Below are positions 1-15,400 of a DNA stretch of 64,000 bases, one piece after another. Made by a program: the position numbers and the translations under genes. Source of the DNA: Chiloscyllium plagiosum. Lineage: Eukaryota. The notes under the pieces are model-generated. The model was not told the DNA's origin. It ran no database searches and saw only the letters and a list, made by a program, of their open reading frames with translations. Positions within the stretch are counted from its first letter, which is position 1, and each line of letters opens with the position of its first letter. The DNA is taken from NCBI RefSeq assembly GCF_004010195.1, contig NC_057719.1:73149446-73213445 (forward strand), given 5' to 3'.

Positions 1-339
1 GCAGCTTCTTAAAACTATATCCTTGACAAACAACCAAGTATTCAGCATTGCACCCTGTCTTTTTGGTCCCCAATGTTACAATGTATTCAGGTGTCACAGA
101 ATCACAAAGTTATTAGTGCACAAGGCCATTCAGCCTATCATGCCTGCACCTGTTCTATCAGTGTACAGTATATTAGAGTCAAGTAGGGACTTTAAACACA
201 TCACAACAAATATGCATTGATAAAGGATGCACTTATAATTAGTATTTTATTTCACCAGTCAGGACTGGTAAGTGCATACATCAGTTGTGTTAAGTCAAGT
301 GACAATATATTGTGCACACAGTAAAAAGGTACCACTCAC

Positions 340-451
340 TTGCCAGGTTTGTCCAGCAATCCCCCAGTAGAATTCTGACAGCAAAGTAGGATGTACTCTT
401 GTAGGGCTCCTTGATGGAACATCCAGCGTGTCATACTGAGAGTATCATTCC
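340..451 (-). CDS. FNTB: FNTB exon 10 (112 nt) [38 protein letters not shown]
   Basis: tttgtag|GG...GGCAA|gtgagt; contains LLDKPGK (Mg-binding Asp352 equivalent). Confidence 0.96.
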
Positions 452-3400
452 CTACAAAGCATTACATAGTATAAGGAGTTCACATCAACCTGAAACTAGA
501 ATCACTGATTCTCAAGGGCAGAAAGGATGGACAACAAGCTTTAGTCATGCCAGCAATATCCACATTCCATTAAAGAATTAAGAACCACCAAATATTTTGA
601 ACCAAATAAACATACTTGTGTCCACTGACATCAATTCCTTAACATATATGTGAATTCAAGGAATGTGGAAGACTGTCCTTCTGGAATATGGTGAGAATCC
701 AGTCTTCAGCAAAAGAATGAAATGCTCCTTCCTCTAACAATCTCATACTGAACTAAGCTTTTGCAGTTTTGGCTCAAGTACTTATGGAAATACTGATAAA
801 CTCGAATGGAAATATCACATTGCTACCATGGGGAAACACTCAGACACAAATTTAAAAAAGGTCTAAGGACAAATATATAATCCAGAGAGAATATGCAAGT
901 TAAGGAGCAGGGAGAAGTGTACATTATAGCATTAATACTTCAGCTTCACTGCAACAAAAACAAATCCTCCACTCCTTATTACAAGGCAAAGCAACAAAGT
1001 TAGTGGAACTGGAAATAACTTCACCATTCAAATAAATTCAGAGAGAAAACCCCAATGTCAACATAATTCAGCTGTTGAAATTAGTTATAATGCTCCTAAT
1101 AATGATAATCTCTGACCATTTCCTTGCTCAATGCTTAAAAACACACAAAATTTTAAAAACATCCCCCATTTTCTACAAAGCAAACAGCTTCCTACCAGAA
1201 TCTGAAGCTTCATTGTTGACTACTTTCTCCCCCATCTGATCTCATGCCACCTCCAAACTATTCTCCAAGATCAACTACGTTCCCTGGTGGTAATCGCTTC
1301 TTCAAAGTTCTGTGGCTTTGAAAATCTATGCCAATCCTCCCTGAAGCACAGATTTTGAATTTCTGGAATTAGGTTGCTACATATTTGTATCATCGATAGT
1401 CACAGGTGAGGTACCGGAAGACTGGAGATTGGCAAACGTGGTACCACTGTTTAAGAAAGGTGGTAAGGATAAGCCAGGTAACTATAGACCAATGAGCCTG
1501 ATGTTGGTGGTGGGCAAGTTGTTGGAGGGAATCTGAGGGACAGGATGTACATGTATTTGGAAAGGCAAGGACTGATTAGGGATAGTCAACATGGCTTTGT
1601 GCTTGGGAAATCATGTCTCACAAACTTGATGGAGTCTTTTGAAGAAGTAAAGAGGATTGATGAGGGCAGAGTGGTAGATGTGATCCATATGGACTTCAGT
1701 AAGGCGTTTGACAAGGTTCCCTATGGGAGACCGATTAGCAAGGTTAGATCCCATAGAATACGGGGAGAACTAGCCATTTGGATACAGAACTGGCTCAAAG
1801 GTAGAAGACAGAGGGTGGTGGTGGAGGGTTGTTTTTCAGACTGGAGGCCTGTGACCAGTGGAGTTCCACAAGGATTGGTGCTGGGTCCACTACTTTTCAT
1901 CATTTATATAAATGATTTGGATGTGAGCACAAGAGGTACAGTTAGTAAGTTTGCAGATGACACCAAAATTGGAGGTGCATTGGACAGCAAAGAATGTTAC
2001 CTCAGATCACAACGGGATATTGATTATTAGATTACATTACAGTGTGGAAACAGGCCTTTCAGCCCAACAAGTCCACACCAACCCGCCGAAGCGCAACCCA
2101 CCCATACCCCTACATTTACCCCTTACCTAACACTATGGGCAATTTTGCATGGCCAATTCACCTGACCTGCACATCTTTGGACTGTGGGAGGAAACCGGAG
2201 TACCCGGAGGAAACCCGCGCAGACACGGGGAGAACGTGCCAACTCCACACAGTTAGTCCCTTGAGGCGGGAATTGAACCCAGGTCTCTGGCACTGTGAGG
2301 CAACAGCGCTAACCACTGTTCCACCGTGCCGCCCAAAAACATTAGCCCAAATAATGGGTCAATGGGCTGACAAGTGGCAGATGGAGTTTAATTTAATGTG
2401 AGGTGTTGCTTTTTGGGAAAACAAGTCTTAGCAAGACTTATACACTTAATGCTAAGGTCCTAGGGAGCGTTGCTGACCAAAGAGACCTTGGAGAGTAGGT
2501 TTATAGCTCCTTGAAAGTGGAGTGGCAGGTTGATAGCCACTGTTAGAATATTGCATGCAATTCTGGTCTCCTTCCTATCGGAAAGATGTTGTGAAACTTG
2601 AAAGGGTTCAGAAGAGATTTACAAGGATGTTACCAGGGTTGCAGGATTTGAGCTATACGGATAGGTTGAATAGGCTGGGGCTGTTTTCCCTGGAGCATCG
2701 GAGGCTGAGGGGTGACCTTATAGAGGTTTATAAAATCATGAGGGGCATGGTTACAATATATAGACAAAGTCTCTTCACTGGGGTGGGGGACTCCAGAATT
2801 AGAGGGCATAGATTTAGGGTGAGAGGGGAAAGATATAAAAGAAACCTAAGGGGCAACATGTTCACGCAGAGTGTGGTACATGTATGGAATGAGCTGCCAG
2901 AGGAAGTGGTGGAGGCTGGTACAATTGCAACATTTAAAAGGCACCTGGATGGGTATATGAATAGGAAGGGTTTGGTGGGATATGGGCCCATTGCTGGCAG
3001 GTGGGACTAGATTGGGTTGGGATATTTGGTCAGCATGGACAAGTTGGACCGAAGGGTCTGTTTCTGAGCTGTACATCCAAATTTCAGATTAACCGAAGGT
3101 CGGGACCTTGCGATTTTGTATGGATAATCTGAAATTTGGATAATCGAATGCTGGATAATCGAGGTTCCTCTGTAGATTCTCTCCCCCCGCTCCCATCTTT
3201 ATAAATATGGCTAAACTATGTTATGCATGGCTAACTTATGTTATCCGACATTCGATTAACCGAACAAAATACTCCTTGCCCCTAACCTTCAGATAATCAG
3301 GGTTCCTCTGTCATTGAAACATACAGAATACTGAATGGCCTGGACAGAGTATGTGTTTCCATTGGTAGGAGAGATTAGGACCCGAGGGCACAGCCTTAGA

Positions 3401-6400
3401 GTAAAGAGACCTTTCAGAACAGAGATAAGGAGAAAGATCTTTCGCCAGAGAGTGGTGAACCTATGGAATTCACTACCACAGAAGGCTGTGGAGGGCAGGT
3501 CATTGAGTATATTTAAGACTCAGAGATACGTTCTTGAGTATCAAGGGGATCAAAGATTACAGGGAGAAAGCAGGAGAATGGGGTTGAGAAACCTTTCAGC
3601 CATGATTTAATGGTGGAGCATACTCGATGGGTTGAATGGCCTAATTTCTGCTCCTATGTCTAATGGTCTGCCACAGCACCAAAGCAGGCCTCACCAAAGG
3701 CACAAATGATTAGAGAAAGAGTATGGCAGCTGAATTCACAGATGATACCATGATAGGTGGGAACTTATGTCAGATTAGATTCTCTACATACTAGATTCCC
3801 CACACTGTGGAAACAGGCCATTTGGCCCAACAAGTCCACATTGACCCTCTGAAGAGTAACCCACCCAGACCCATTTCCCTCTGACTAAAGCACTTAACAC
3901 TATGGGCAATTTAACATAGCCAATTCACCTGACCTGCACATCTTTGAACTGTGGGAGGAAACCGGAGCACTGGGAGGAAATGCACGGGAGAACGTGCAAA
4001 TTCCACACAGATAGTCGCCCAAGGCTGGAATCGAACCTGGGTCCCTGGCGCTGTGAGGCTGCAGTGCGAACCACTGAGCTACCGTGCCATCGTTAGTGAA
4101 GACATAAAGAGGTCGGCAGACTGAAACAGATGCAGTTGAGTAAGTGGACAAAAAGCAGAGTATTAGATGGAGAACAGCGCAGATTTCTGAGGTGCAGAAG
4201 GATCAAGAAATTCTAGTGACTGAGTTGCAAAAATATTAGTATGCACATACATAATAATTAAGGCAACTAATACAATGCTATCCTTTTTTATGATAGGAAG
4301 TGAATATAAAAGTAAGGATGTAATGCTTCAGTTATACAGGAAATTGGTGAGATCACAACTCAAATCCTCATTTAAGGATGTATGTATGTGCACTGAAGAC
4401 AATTCCGAGGTGGCTTACTAGAACAATACCTAGAATGAACAGGTGAAGTTATGAATGTAGGTTGCATATGCCTGGGCTGTTTCTCTTGGAATTCAGAAGA
4501 ACAAGTTGCACATGATTGAAATGTACAAGGTCCAGAATGGAGAAAGTGAGGACTGCAGATGCTGGGGATCAGAGCTTAAAAATGTGTTGCTGGAAAAGTG
4601 CAACAGGTCAGGCAGCAAAGGAGAAGGAGAATCGACGTTTCGGGCATAAGTTTTTCCAGCAACACATTTTTAAGGTCCAGAATGGACTTGATAAGGTGGA
4701 TGCAACAGGATATTTCCTCTTAATTTTAAAATGCTTCACTTTTTAAAATTAAGGGTCACTCTTTTAGAACAGTGATTGAGAGATTTTTTTTCTCTCAAAG
4801 TTTTGAAACATTTTGCAACTCTCTACCACTGTAAATAAGGTTATTAAACAATTTAAGACAAAGATGGATAGATTCTTGTTGGGCAGGGGAATCAAACATT
4901 GTTGGAGTAGATTGGAATATGGAACGTGACAATGATTTTATTGGACTGCAGAACAGAGTCACAAGCCAAAAAGCCTACATCTACTCCTATTTCACGTGTG
5001 CCAAATGTCCACATGTCCGCGTGTGTATGGAAATGACATTGTGGTGCATTTTTTTTCTCATCCTATTCAGCTGCTCTTGTCTGGTGATCACAACATCCTT
5101 CTCCAAGAACTCTCCTTTGTCCAGCTTACTAAGAATAACTTATTTTCTATAGATAAGATTTTAGCTATGGGGTTGATGCCACAGCATATTCTGCAATGGT
5201 TTGTTTTCCTCTGCTTTCACCAAAGTCTGCCAGGACCAATTTTACTTCCTACATGTTTTCACTTGCTTCATTTGGCAACAGCTAAAACAACAATTAAAAC
5301 ATGATAAAACTATTATTGTTCCAGATCACCTGTACAGTGAACTGTAGAAAACTCCAAATATGTAATGCTTTAAAAAATGACAGCAAGCCTACTCTGTAAG
5401 TTTCAATAAATAAAGCTTATGTTCTCTTGAAATGATGTTTTTGAAACTCAATATTTGTCTAATAACCCTTTCATCCATTTGCATAAAGTATATGCCTTGA
5501 TAATAAGAATGAATCATTGTTTACCAGATGCGTTTACACTCACCGTGTGCATGCAACGCACGATGCAGGAGTGGTAAGAGTCCAGCTTGCCAGAATGAGT
5601 AACAACCATCCACCAATTTGTTGCACCGACCTTGAAATCCACCTTCAAACCGCATCTGCCGACTGGTCACCCAGCGCTATACAAGACAAAATGATATTGT
5701 GTGGAACATCTGAGCTACAGGGAGAGACTGAACAGGCTGGGGCTGTTTTCTCTGGAGTGTCGGAGGCTGAGGGGTTTACAAAATTATGAGGGGCATGGAT
5801 AGGATAAATAGGCAAAGTCTTTTCCCTGGGGTCGTGGAGTCCAGAACTAGAGGGCATAGGTTTAGGGTGAAAGAGGAAAGATATAAAAGAGACCCAAGGG
5901 GCAACTTTTGCATGCAGAGGGTGTAAGTGTATGGAATGAGCTGCCACAGGATGTGGTGGAGGCTGGTACAACTGCAACATTTAAGAGGCATTTAGATGGG
6001 TATATGAATAGGAAGGGTTTGGAGGGATATGGGCCAGATGCTGGCAGGTGGGACTAGATTGGATTGGGATATCTGGTCATCATGGACTGGTTGGACCGAA
6101 GGGTCTGTTTCCATGCTGTACATCCCTATGTCTCTATCCCATTGTATTCATACCTTAGCTTTTCCTGAAGTTTACATTATTTTAAACAGATTCCCAAATA
6201 ATTACCCAATATTTAGCTGGCAGTACTTCCAATATCACTTAACATGTTTTATTGATACACATGTACTAGAAATAGGACTCTCTTCAGTTTCTTATAAAAA
6301 GACAAAGTAGTTATTAATATTTGCACAATGGTAAGAAAAATAATCTTAGTTATTGTAAAATGAGTTCACTTCCAATGTAATGAAGTGACTAACTTTCAGC

Positions 6401-9400
6401 CTTATCAGCATTTCCCCTCCCTTACAAAAAAAGCTAGTCAGTAGAATGGATTGCTCATATTTGTTATTACTTACTTATGTCAAGATATTAGGTGATGAGT
6501 TTTAATTTTGTGATGTGCGGGGAGTGGGAAGAGAAAGGAGAAGGATGCAGTAGCACACAAGAAAACCAGAAGTAAGGGCAACTTGACACTTGATGGTGCT
6601 ACAATCAAACTGCTGGGTTAGCGTATTATTTCCAAGTTTGTAGATCAGCTAGGGTGAATGGGCATGATGAGATCATGAGCAGATTTCATTCCAGTATTTA
6701 AAAGGCACATTGCAAATATAAAGATTGAAGGAGTGGGAAGTTGTGAACGGGACACAAGGAAATGACAGAATGGAGCAAACACTTTCACAGGCTGTTCTCT
6801 GAATATGACGCTGAAGGTGTACAGGTGATTACACTGATAATGTAATGATATTGCTGGGGTTGATACTGTGCACTACTGATGGAGTTGAGATGCTTGTCAG
6901 CAAAACAAAGGTATGACTGGAACTAGTGAAGGATGTCAGCAGCAGGACCATGGATTCAATATGAAAAGCAGTGTATTTATCATAGCAAAGCAGGAACTTA
7001 GAGGAATTTATGAGCCAACTGTATTAAAACACACAAAACTGGGTTCTTGCGGTGCAGTGGTATTATCCCTGCTCTGAGTTTAAGACTCATTGGCTGCAGA
7101 AATGCATAATTGGTTACAAAATACCCAGAGCATGTTTTGGCATAGTGTAGTGATGCTGTCTCTGAACCAGAAGGCTTGGATTCAGTACTGCCTGCTCCAG
7201 AGGGGTCAGAATAGATCTAATCATGTTAACTAAAGTATCTTACAACAATTGTAGAAAGAGATTGCTGGGTCAGTGGTGGTGGTGGGGAGGGGGGAGGGGG
7301 AGATAGATAGATAGGAAGCAGAAACTGGCAATACTGCATTCTGTAAACAAACATTTCTAATTACATACTTCAACAGGTTTTAATTAAAATAACCAAACTG
7401 AATACAACTACTGATGTGTGCATTATAATCTTCATGCTCACCAATCTTGCAGGTGCACTGATCTTTTTCTGCCTATACGTTCTCTCATGTCTCTACCTGT
7501 TAATTCATCTTTGATACACACATACCCATCGTTAAGCAATACCAAGCCTTTACACCTCACAATCACCTTTAACAAATATTTGTTATGCACTACCATGATT
7601 CTACACTTCCAAGACTCACGGGACCCCCCCTCCCTTTAAAAAGGTAAATAGGCAAGAATTTACTGGAATGTAAGCATCAACGAACTCTCTGCTTCAGAGG
7701 AAGCACTCTTGGACATCAGGGGAGTTACAAAATCCTACCTAATGGCCGAATTAAATGTCAGGCATAAGAGCTTGGTCATGTTGATTTATTGGTAACAAGA
7801 AAAATATGATCATTGCCTGATGAACATTTAAAATATTATTAATTTAGCAGATCTATGCATGTCTCCAACCTCACACATATCTGAAGGAGGACGAGAATAC
7901 TTCAAAAGTGATCAATAACAAAAAAAGGCTCATTTAACCGCACGTCTAGTGGGACCTAGTGGCTCATATATCACAAGTGAGCAAGAGCAGACAGCGAAGG
8001 TGGACAGTGATAGCAAATCTACTTCAAAGGTTTCCAGATGGTCCAAACTCTGCTGCGCTGGATGCAGATGCTATACTTTAGAAGTCATAATTCCAGAGGA
8101 TACTTCTGGAGCAGAAGGTAAAAAAAAACAAGAGTGCCTTCCAGCTGCACTATAACCTTTTGCGTAGAGATTAGTAGACTCTCAAGCACAAGTAGCTTGC
8201 TATTGAATGCCTTTGAGATGACATATTTGTCCAAAGAAAAAAATGGCCACATGAAACATCAAACAGGGTGATCAAATGAATATAAGCCAGATCCTCACCA
8301 ACAGCTTTCACACAGCAAATGCAACTGAAATAACATGCATGAAACCCTATTCATCATTCTACTGGAGCAAAATGTTCTCCAGCTTATGGCTAGCACAGGA
8401 GTGCCTGTGGACCATGGGACTTGATTCACAGTCATAGAGATGTACAGCACGGTAACAGACCCTTCATTCCAACCTGTCCATGCTGACCAAATATCCCAAC
8501 CCAATCTAGTCCCACCTGCCAGCACCCAGCCCATATCCCTCCAAACCCTTCCTATTCATATACCCATCCAAATGCCTTTTAAATGTTGCAATTGTACCAG
8601 CCTCCACCACTTCCTGTGGCAGCTCATTCCATACACATACCACCCTCTGTGTGGTAAAGTTGCCTCTTCGGTCTCTTCTATATTTTTCCCGTCTCACCCT
8701 AATCCTATGCCCTCTAGTTCTGGACTCCCATGGACCATCTTCAAAATTTACTCCCTCCACTAGCAAAGCACAGTGGCAGCAGTGTGTAACATCGACAACA
8801 TGCACTGCAATAACTCACCAAGGTACCTTAGACAAAGTTTTCAAACTCTCAACCTCTGCCACCAAAAGGACAAGGACAACAGATACATGAAAACATCACC
8901 AGCTGCAAGTTTCCTCAAAGTGTTTCCACTTATTAGACAGCTGGCACCACCAAATGCTACCTTGCATTCCATTGGTTAAGACTACTTGGTGTGCCCTAGA
9001 CGTGCCTCCAGACCCATAGCAACGTAATTGACTCTCAAATAACCTCTGAGAAATGAGGGATGGGCAATAAATACTGGCCTGGTTAGTGACACCCATATCC
9101 CGTGAATGAATTTAAAAACAAAGCCTGCAAAAGGTACGGGCGCCAATAGACAAGAGGCTAACCAATATCAACTCAGCAGTCACAGTCATTTTCTGAGCAG
9201 CCCGATTCTACCTCTGCTGAAACAACAGAAGTTGCATCATGAAGGAAGAGGAAGAGAAGGTAGTTACACAAGGGCATGCATATGGATGTGTTATACAGTG
9301 TCAGAATGTTAACATTTTGTTTAATTTTTTCATGCTGAAAAATTTGTTTCCAGAACTTTCTGACAATGACCACTTTTTGCCTGCTCCTTGGGAAGTGGCT

Positions 9401-12400
9401 TATGCACTTAGAATGAATATTAAGATCTGGTGCCAAGCAATGGGTAGACGTGGGGCTGTAAAATTCAGATGCTTGGTTACTTACAGGATCCCTTCATGTT
9501 GGGGAAAGGGGAAAGAGGAAAGAGAGTAATATTTAAGTGTGGCTATCAGATGGTTGCACTGGGAGACCCCAACTGAATTTCACAATGATGTCATCCTAGG
9601 CAACAATTTATCTGCATTTTGGTGCTTTGGCCACATCACACTCAGAAGAGGTCTTGCACTTTGTGCCTTTTTCCTCTTGTAGGTCTAAACCTTGTTGCTA
9701 TGCATAGCATCAGTTTACCACAAGTAAACACTCTGGACAGCATGGGTGTTGCTTGTTAAAGAAAGCCTCAGATCTGTCCAGACACTTGAAGCACATCTCC
9801 AACATTCTGATGGTTGGCTGAATAATTTTGATCACACTGCTACTAGTATTCACTGTTTGGGTTCCTCACAGATTTCATCAGTGGGAATCCTTTGACCTCG
9901 AACAGCCAGCTGCATCAAGGTATGGACAGATTGCAAAGGGTAGACAAGTGGAAGGAAAAAACATAGCATCAAAATAGGTGCCAGAGAATGTTGCACCCCA
10001 TCTGCATAAGTAACCTTTTTGGTTATTTGCTAACTATATGTTGATGGAATGAATGCCATTCAGTTGAAAGATACTGCTGGTGATCTTGGGTTACATCAAT
10101 TGCTAAATGGGTTTGTCTGATGACAACTTGCACCTCCCAGAGGAAAAAAAATCAAAAAATACTTGAAAACAAACATACAAGAGCTCCATTACAAGACAAG
10201 CTGGACCAAATCTGTCATTGGCCAGTTTAATTGGCTTTTCCTTCCGGGTGATAGGAAGCCAGCCAGAGCTGCAAACCAAAATCTTCCCACCCTTTCTTAA
10301 TCTGTGGCTACCTTGCTCACCTTGACAACCAAGTCATCATTCACCTATCCTATGCAGTTTTAGGCCAAGATCCTGCAGATGTCTCAGTTGTAGCACTAGA
10401 AGGAACCAGAGGGAAAGAAGGTGACTATGATGGTGACTTTAACTGCTAAAGGCAAAGTATCTCTACCACAACCTGTAGGAGACGCTTTTTATTCTAGCAG
10501 ACTCTGGACCCCCTTACATACTGGTGTCAAGGAAGTTTATCCTTTATCTGTACACATAGTGGTATGTGTGTTGCCACCTGTGAACTGCACAGTTCGGGCC
10601 TTCTCCTTATCTTATGAAGCAGTAGGACCGATAGCAGGCTGTTGCTCTTTCTCTTGCTGCTGATCATCTTAGTCCTCATCCAAGGTCCAGAGTAAAACAG
10701 CACCAACGGCACCCCAAACTAATCTGACAGGTCCAAAGCTCCAAAGTTGATGAGCTGTGAAAACGTTGAAATTTGAGGAAGAAACTACTCAGCACAATTT
10801 CTCTGAACAAAACCTTCTACATAATCCAGGAAGAATTATGTTGTGCTTGACATCTTACCTTGGTATGTCTTCAGCTGCCTCAAGTGACACCCTGTTCTCA
10901 CTGCATATTCACTGGCGAATTCTAGGAAACCCTGTACCCAAAGTAACATTCAAAAACTATGTTGCTATTTGACAATTTGATCAATATTAATGACTTGCCT
11001 CTCCATGTTAACATGCACTGCAGTTAAATGCAGAAATTGGAATGGCTTACTGACATGGTGTCAATTTCTGCACTTTCAAATTCCCACCTGCTCACAAGCA
11101 AACATAATCCTCAAGTTAAAATTTGCCTCAACTTTGCGGATTCATAGGGTTACTCGAGTTAACTTCAACATTATTTTTGGATTTGTACATCTGTGTGACT
11201 CTCCTTTCTCAATTATCCTAGTTTAAAGTATCAACAAGCACACTGCCTAGTTAATCAACACTGTCATTTATCCACTCATCCAGATCTTAGCAGCAATGGT
11301 GAAGCTTCAGATGAGTCGTCTTAATATTCGAGGATGCTCAAATTGGACAAGCGTGGTGAAAAGAACTGGACACAATACTCGAATTGTGGCCTTAGGCAGA
11401 ACTTTATAAAACTTCAGCACAATTGCTACTCTACATTTCTGTTTATGAAGGCCAAAATCTGTGTGTTTTGGATCAATAACTTGCAATCTTCAAAGATCTA
11501 TGCACATGAAGCAACAGGATTCCAAGCTACCTTTTCATAAGCCTCCATCTTGTTACCTATCTTTAACGTGGTGCTTTGTCAAGTCCATTCAAACAACATC
11601 AAATCCTTTCCCTTTTTAACTAATTTTTAAAACTCAACTAGACTAATCAAGGGCAACCTGCCTTCTATAAATCTGTGTGGCTCTCCTTAATTAACTCAGA
11701 ACTCTTCAAATGTCTGCTAACGTTTTCTGATTATTGCTTCTAAAAACCTTACCCACCCACCATGACTCAATTGGGAAAATTGCACTGATAATCAAACCCC
11801 ACTATCCCATAAGCCATCACAAATGTGTAATTATCCATTAGATCACCAAGATGATCTACTTTCTTGGCAGTCTGCTGTTCTGGACAAATATAATTTGCAT
11901 CAAGTTTTGTCAGTAAAAGTAAAATAACTATTTATTGTTAAACAAATTATTGGTTAACCAACGGCAGACAAGAAACTGGATTACTAATTACTACTATGCC
12001 ACTTAATCTGTATCCTTTGAAACTCCAAGTACACACACAGGGTACCATGAACAACTCTGGTATGCATATTACAAAAAGATGAGGTATTGGACAAAAAAGA
12101 TTCTCAAGGATGAAACTAGAACTGTAACATTGAGTCCATCAAGAAATCATATACAAAGAAGTTTGAACAGTCTGGGGCTCTTTTACCCAGAAAAGCAAAG
12201 ACTAAAGGGCTTTTCACGGAGGTCTTTAAAATTATGAAAGGACTTGATGGAAGGCCGCAATCTTCTTTGGCCATTTGGTGAAGCTGCTTTTCGTCTATCA
12301 AATTGTATAGAAAGTAGGTCAGTTCTCCACCAACTTCCTCTTCAATCTCAGTTGGCAAAAGACAAGAACATGAATATCAAAACAATTCACCTGACTATTC

Positions 12401-15400
12401 AATGCACACTTTTGAGATGACAGAGCTTCCTTTTATTGCAAAACCGACGTGTTAACCTTCTTTATTCTTGTACAAGGATACCCAAATCCTTCTACAAGGA
12501 TACCCAAATCCTTCTACAAACCAATATTTAGTCATCTCTCATCTTTACTTTTCCCACAGCATACCAGCTTCCTACCTTCTCACTTAAATTGTGTATCTAT
12601 CTGCAGCATTTTTGAGTACTTCTCACACCTTGACTTTCCCATCTAGTTTTGTATAATCAGTAAATTGGAGATATTGCATTCAGTGCATCAAAGGCATTAA
12701 TATAGACTCTAACTGGTTAAGGACCCAGCGCTGATCCTTATGGAACTTCCTTGGTTACAACCTGACAAATTGAAAAAGTGATTTGTTTATGATCCCAGGT
12801 CATCCTTCTATAACTGCTGCAATGCGACTACTGTCTTAAACATGAACCATATCTACCTTCCCATTGTGGGAACTTGCTGTATGCAAAATGGCTGCTGCAT
12901 TTTCTAAAATACATTAGTGTTTACGGTTCAAAGCCCTTTGAGACATCTGGTGGTTGATAGGTGCAATATAAATGTAGTGTTCCTTTTTCCTCCATACACT
13001 TTTAAAAAATGCATTCATTATTGTTTGGAGGTAACTGTGGCCGCTAACTTACCCATAGATCCCAAAGATACGAAATTCGAAAAATCAGATCATCTACTTT
13101 GATACTTTTTTTTGAGCAATTAATTGTTGGAGAAGGTTTTCTAATACTGCTACAATACGCATTCCCATGTGAACAAAAGTGAAACAAGAAAACACACTTG
13201 CATAAATACAGTACTCTATTAGTTGTGTCAACTAGAATTACAAGCTCAAATTCTGTAATAGACTTTGAATTCACAACCTCTTGACATCAAGATGTGGAAT
13301 CTTCTCAGCCAGAAGGGAAAAATATAACAATCTTCGTGGCTCCAATGGACTGCTGGTGATCTAAGAATATCACAAAGAAACTTTCTACTTAAACTCACTG
13401 AAGATGCTCAGCAAACTAATGCTTTTCAAAACAATTTTTTATTATAAGAATATACTGCTCATAAAGTCAATAACATCCTGGTTGATTTGTTATTTACTCT
13501 CCAGCTCTCTAGATTGTTGAAACACAAGGGCTCGACATGACTGTGGGAGACTGTCAAGGTAGCATTTAAAAGGAATATATTACTACTTTTACCTCTGTCA
13601 AACTATGGGTGCAAACCCAAAGGCATCAGATGCATGATATAAAAAGGTATGGAACAGAGAGCACCAGATGGGAAGCAGTCACAATTTTGGTTCATTTCTA
13701 ACTTTGCTAGTCAAGATTACTTTGGTTTTCATGACTTGGATCCTTTATGGGTGAGCCTAACTCTCCATTCCTTTGACAACGTCAATTCTTGCCTTGATAG
13801 CTAGTTAGGATTTCACTAATGTGCCTGCAAGGTGAGCAGCAAAACCCAGTTTGTAATTAATTTTAGCTGCTGAATTTATTCAGTACCTGAGATCTCACTC
13901 TTGATTTCAACAGTACAGCATCACGTCAGATCTGGTTTTAAGTTCTAACTATCAAGTGAATTTATTTTACAAAAGATAAAATAAGCAAGTTAGTAATCAC
14001 ATCATACATAGACTTATAAACTGATAGTAGACAGTCTTCTACCAAATAAGTCTTCCACTCAAATGAATAAACTAAAACTCAAAATATAAACTACATTTTT
14101 TAGTAACCCTTGAAATGAAATAGTTTCTTTTGACTTTCTCCACTGAGGGCCCCTTCCAGGCTCTCCCTAAAATCTTGAGTTGGACTTAATGCACTTTGCA
14201 GGTTTGTGTTGGGTATCTGCCTCCAAAACCTTGCTGTTCCTCCTCCATTAACTTCTAGTCCAATACCTTGCTTCCAGGTCTGTTAGATTTCCAATGTTTT
14301 TGTTACAGAAGGAGTAAGACAGATTTCTGGGGGTGACTTCTGCCAAATGCATAAATATTATTGGGTCCTGGAAGAAATGCTGAGTTCTGAGTAAATTTGG
14401 TGTTGAGTTGGGTGAAAAGACATTTCCCATTGGACTAAAGTAAGCTGTAGATTAGCTTTAAAAATAGGGACAACGTCTGCAAAAGTATTGGGTTTATGAT
14501 ACATTTGTGAAAAGGAATGGTATGCCACCATTAGGAGTAAAGCACAATTTTGCACACCTCATAATTATAACAACAACATTGTCTCCACCTCTTTAGGAGG
14601 CTAAGGAGATTTGGCGTGTCCACAAAGACTCTTACCAATTTTTACAGATACACCATAGAAAGCATCTTACCTGGATGCATCACAGTGTTGTATGGAAGCT
14701 GCTCTTCAAAGACCGGAAGAACCAGAGTTGTGAATGCAGCCCAGTCCACCATACAAACCACCATTAACTCCGTCCATACTTCCCACTGCCTCAGGAAAGC
14801 AACCAACATAATCAACGGCCCCTCCCATCCCAGTTATACTCTCTTCCACCCTTTTCCGTCCACCAGAAGATATAAAGTGTGAATACATGTACAAACAGAT
14901 TCAAGAACAGCTTCATCTTTGCCGTTATCAAACATTTGAATGGGCCTCTCAGATACTAATGTTCATCTCTCTCTGCACCTTCTCTGTGGCTGTAACACCG
15001 TATTGTACCATAGAAAGTGTATCAGGGTGGCAAAACAATCAGCCTGTCTAGAAAGCAAAACAATACTTTTCACTACACCTAGGTGCATATAACAACAGTA
15101 AATCAAACTCAGACTTGGTATCAGGTCAGGGTCTTGGAAAGGGTTAATTGGGTGTACGGGGTTGTAGGATCAATTTAATAATTACTCAAGCACTTGACTA
15201 AGTATTTGATTATCTAACATCTTCCTGTAGCTATTTACAGAACTGCAGGAGCCTTCAAGTTCTCCAATTTAAATGGATACTTTTGGAGAGCTACAGGCAG
15301 AGGGGGGATCTTCAAGTTTCCAGTCAATTCTCTTGGAGTTTATGTTGGAGATTCCATAGGATCTGAATGTGCAATTCCCACCCACATTGCTAAACAACCA

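Noticed and set aside
2270..2335. tRNA-like sequences (also ~4025-4090, ~7040-7230, ~40430-40500, ~57120-57175)
   Set aside because: They are A/B-box heads of SINEs without a complete cloverleaf.
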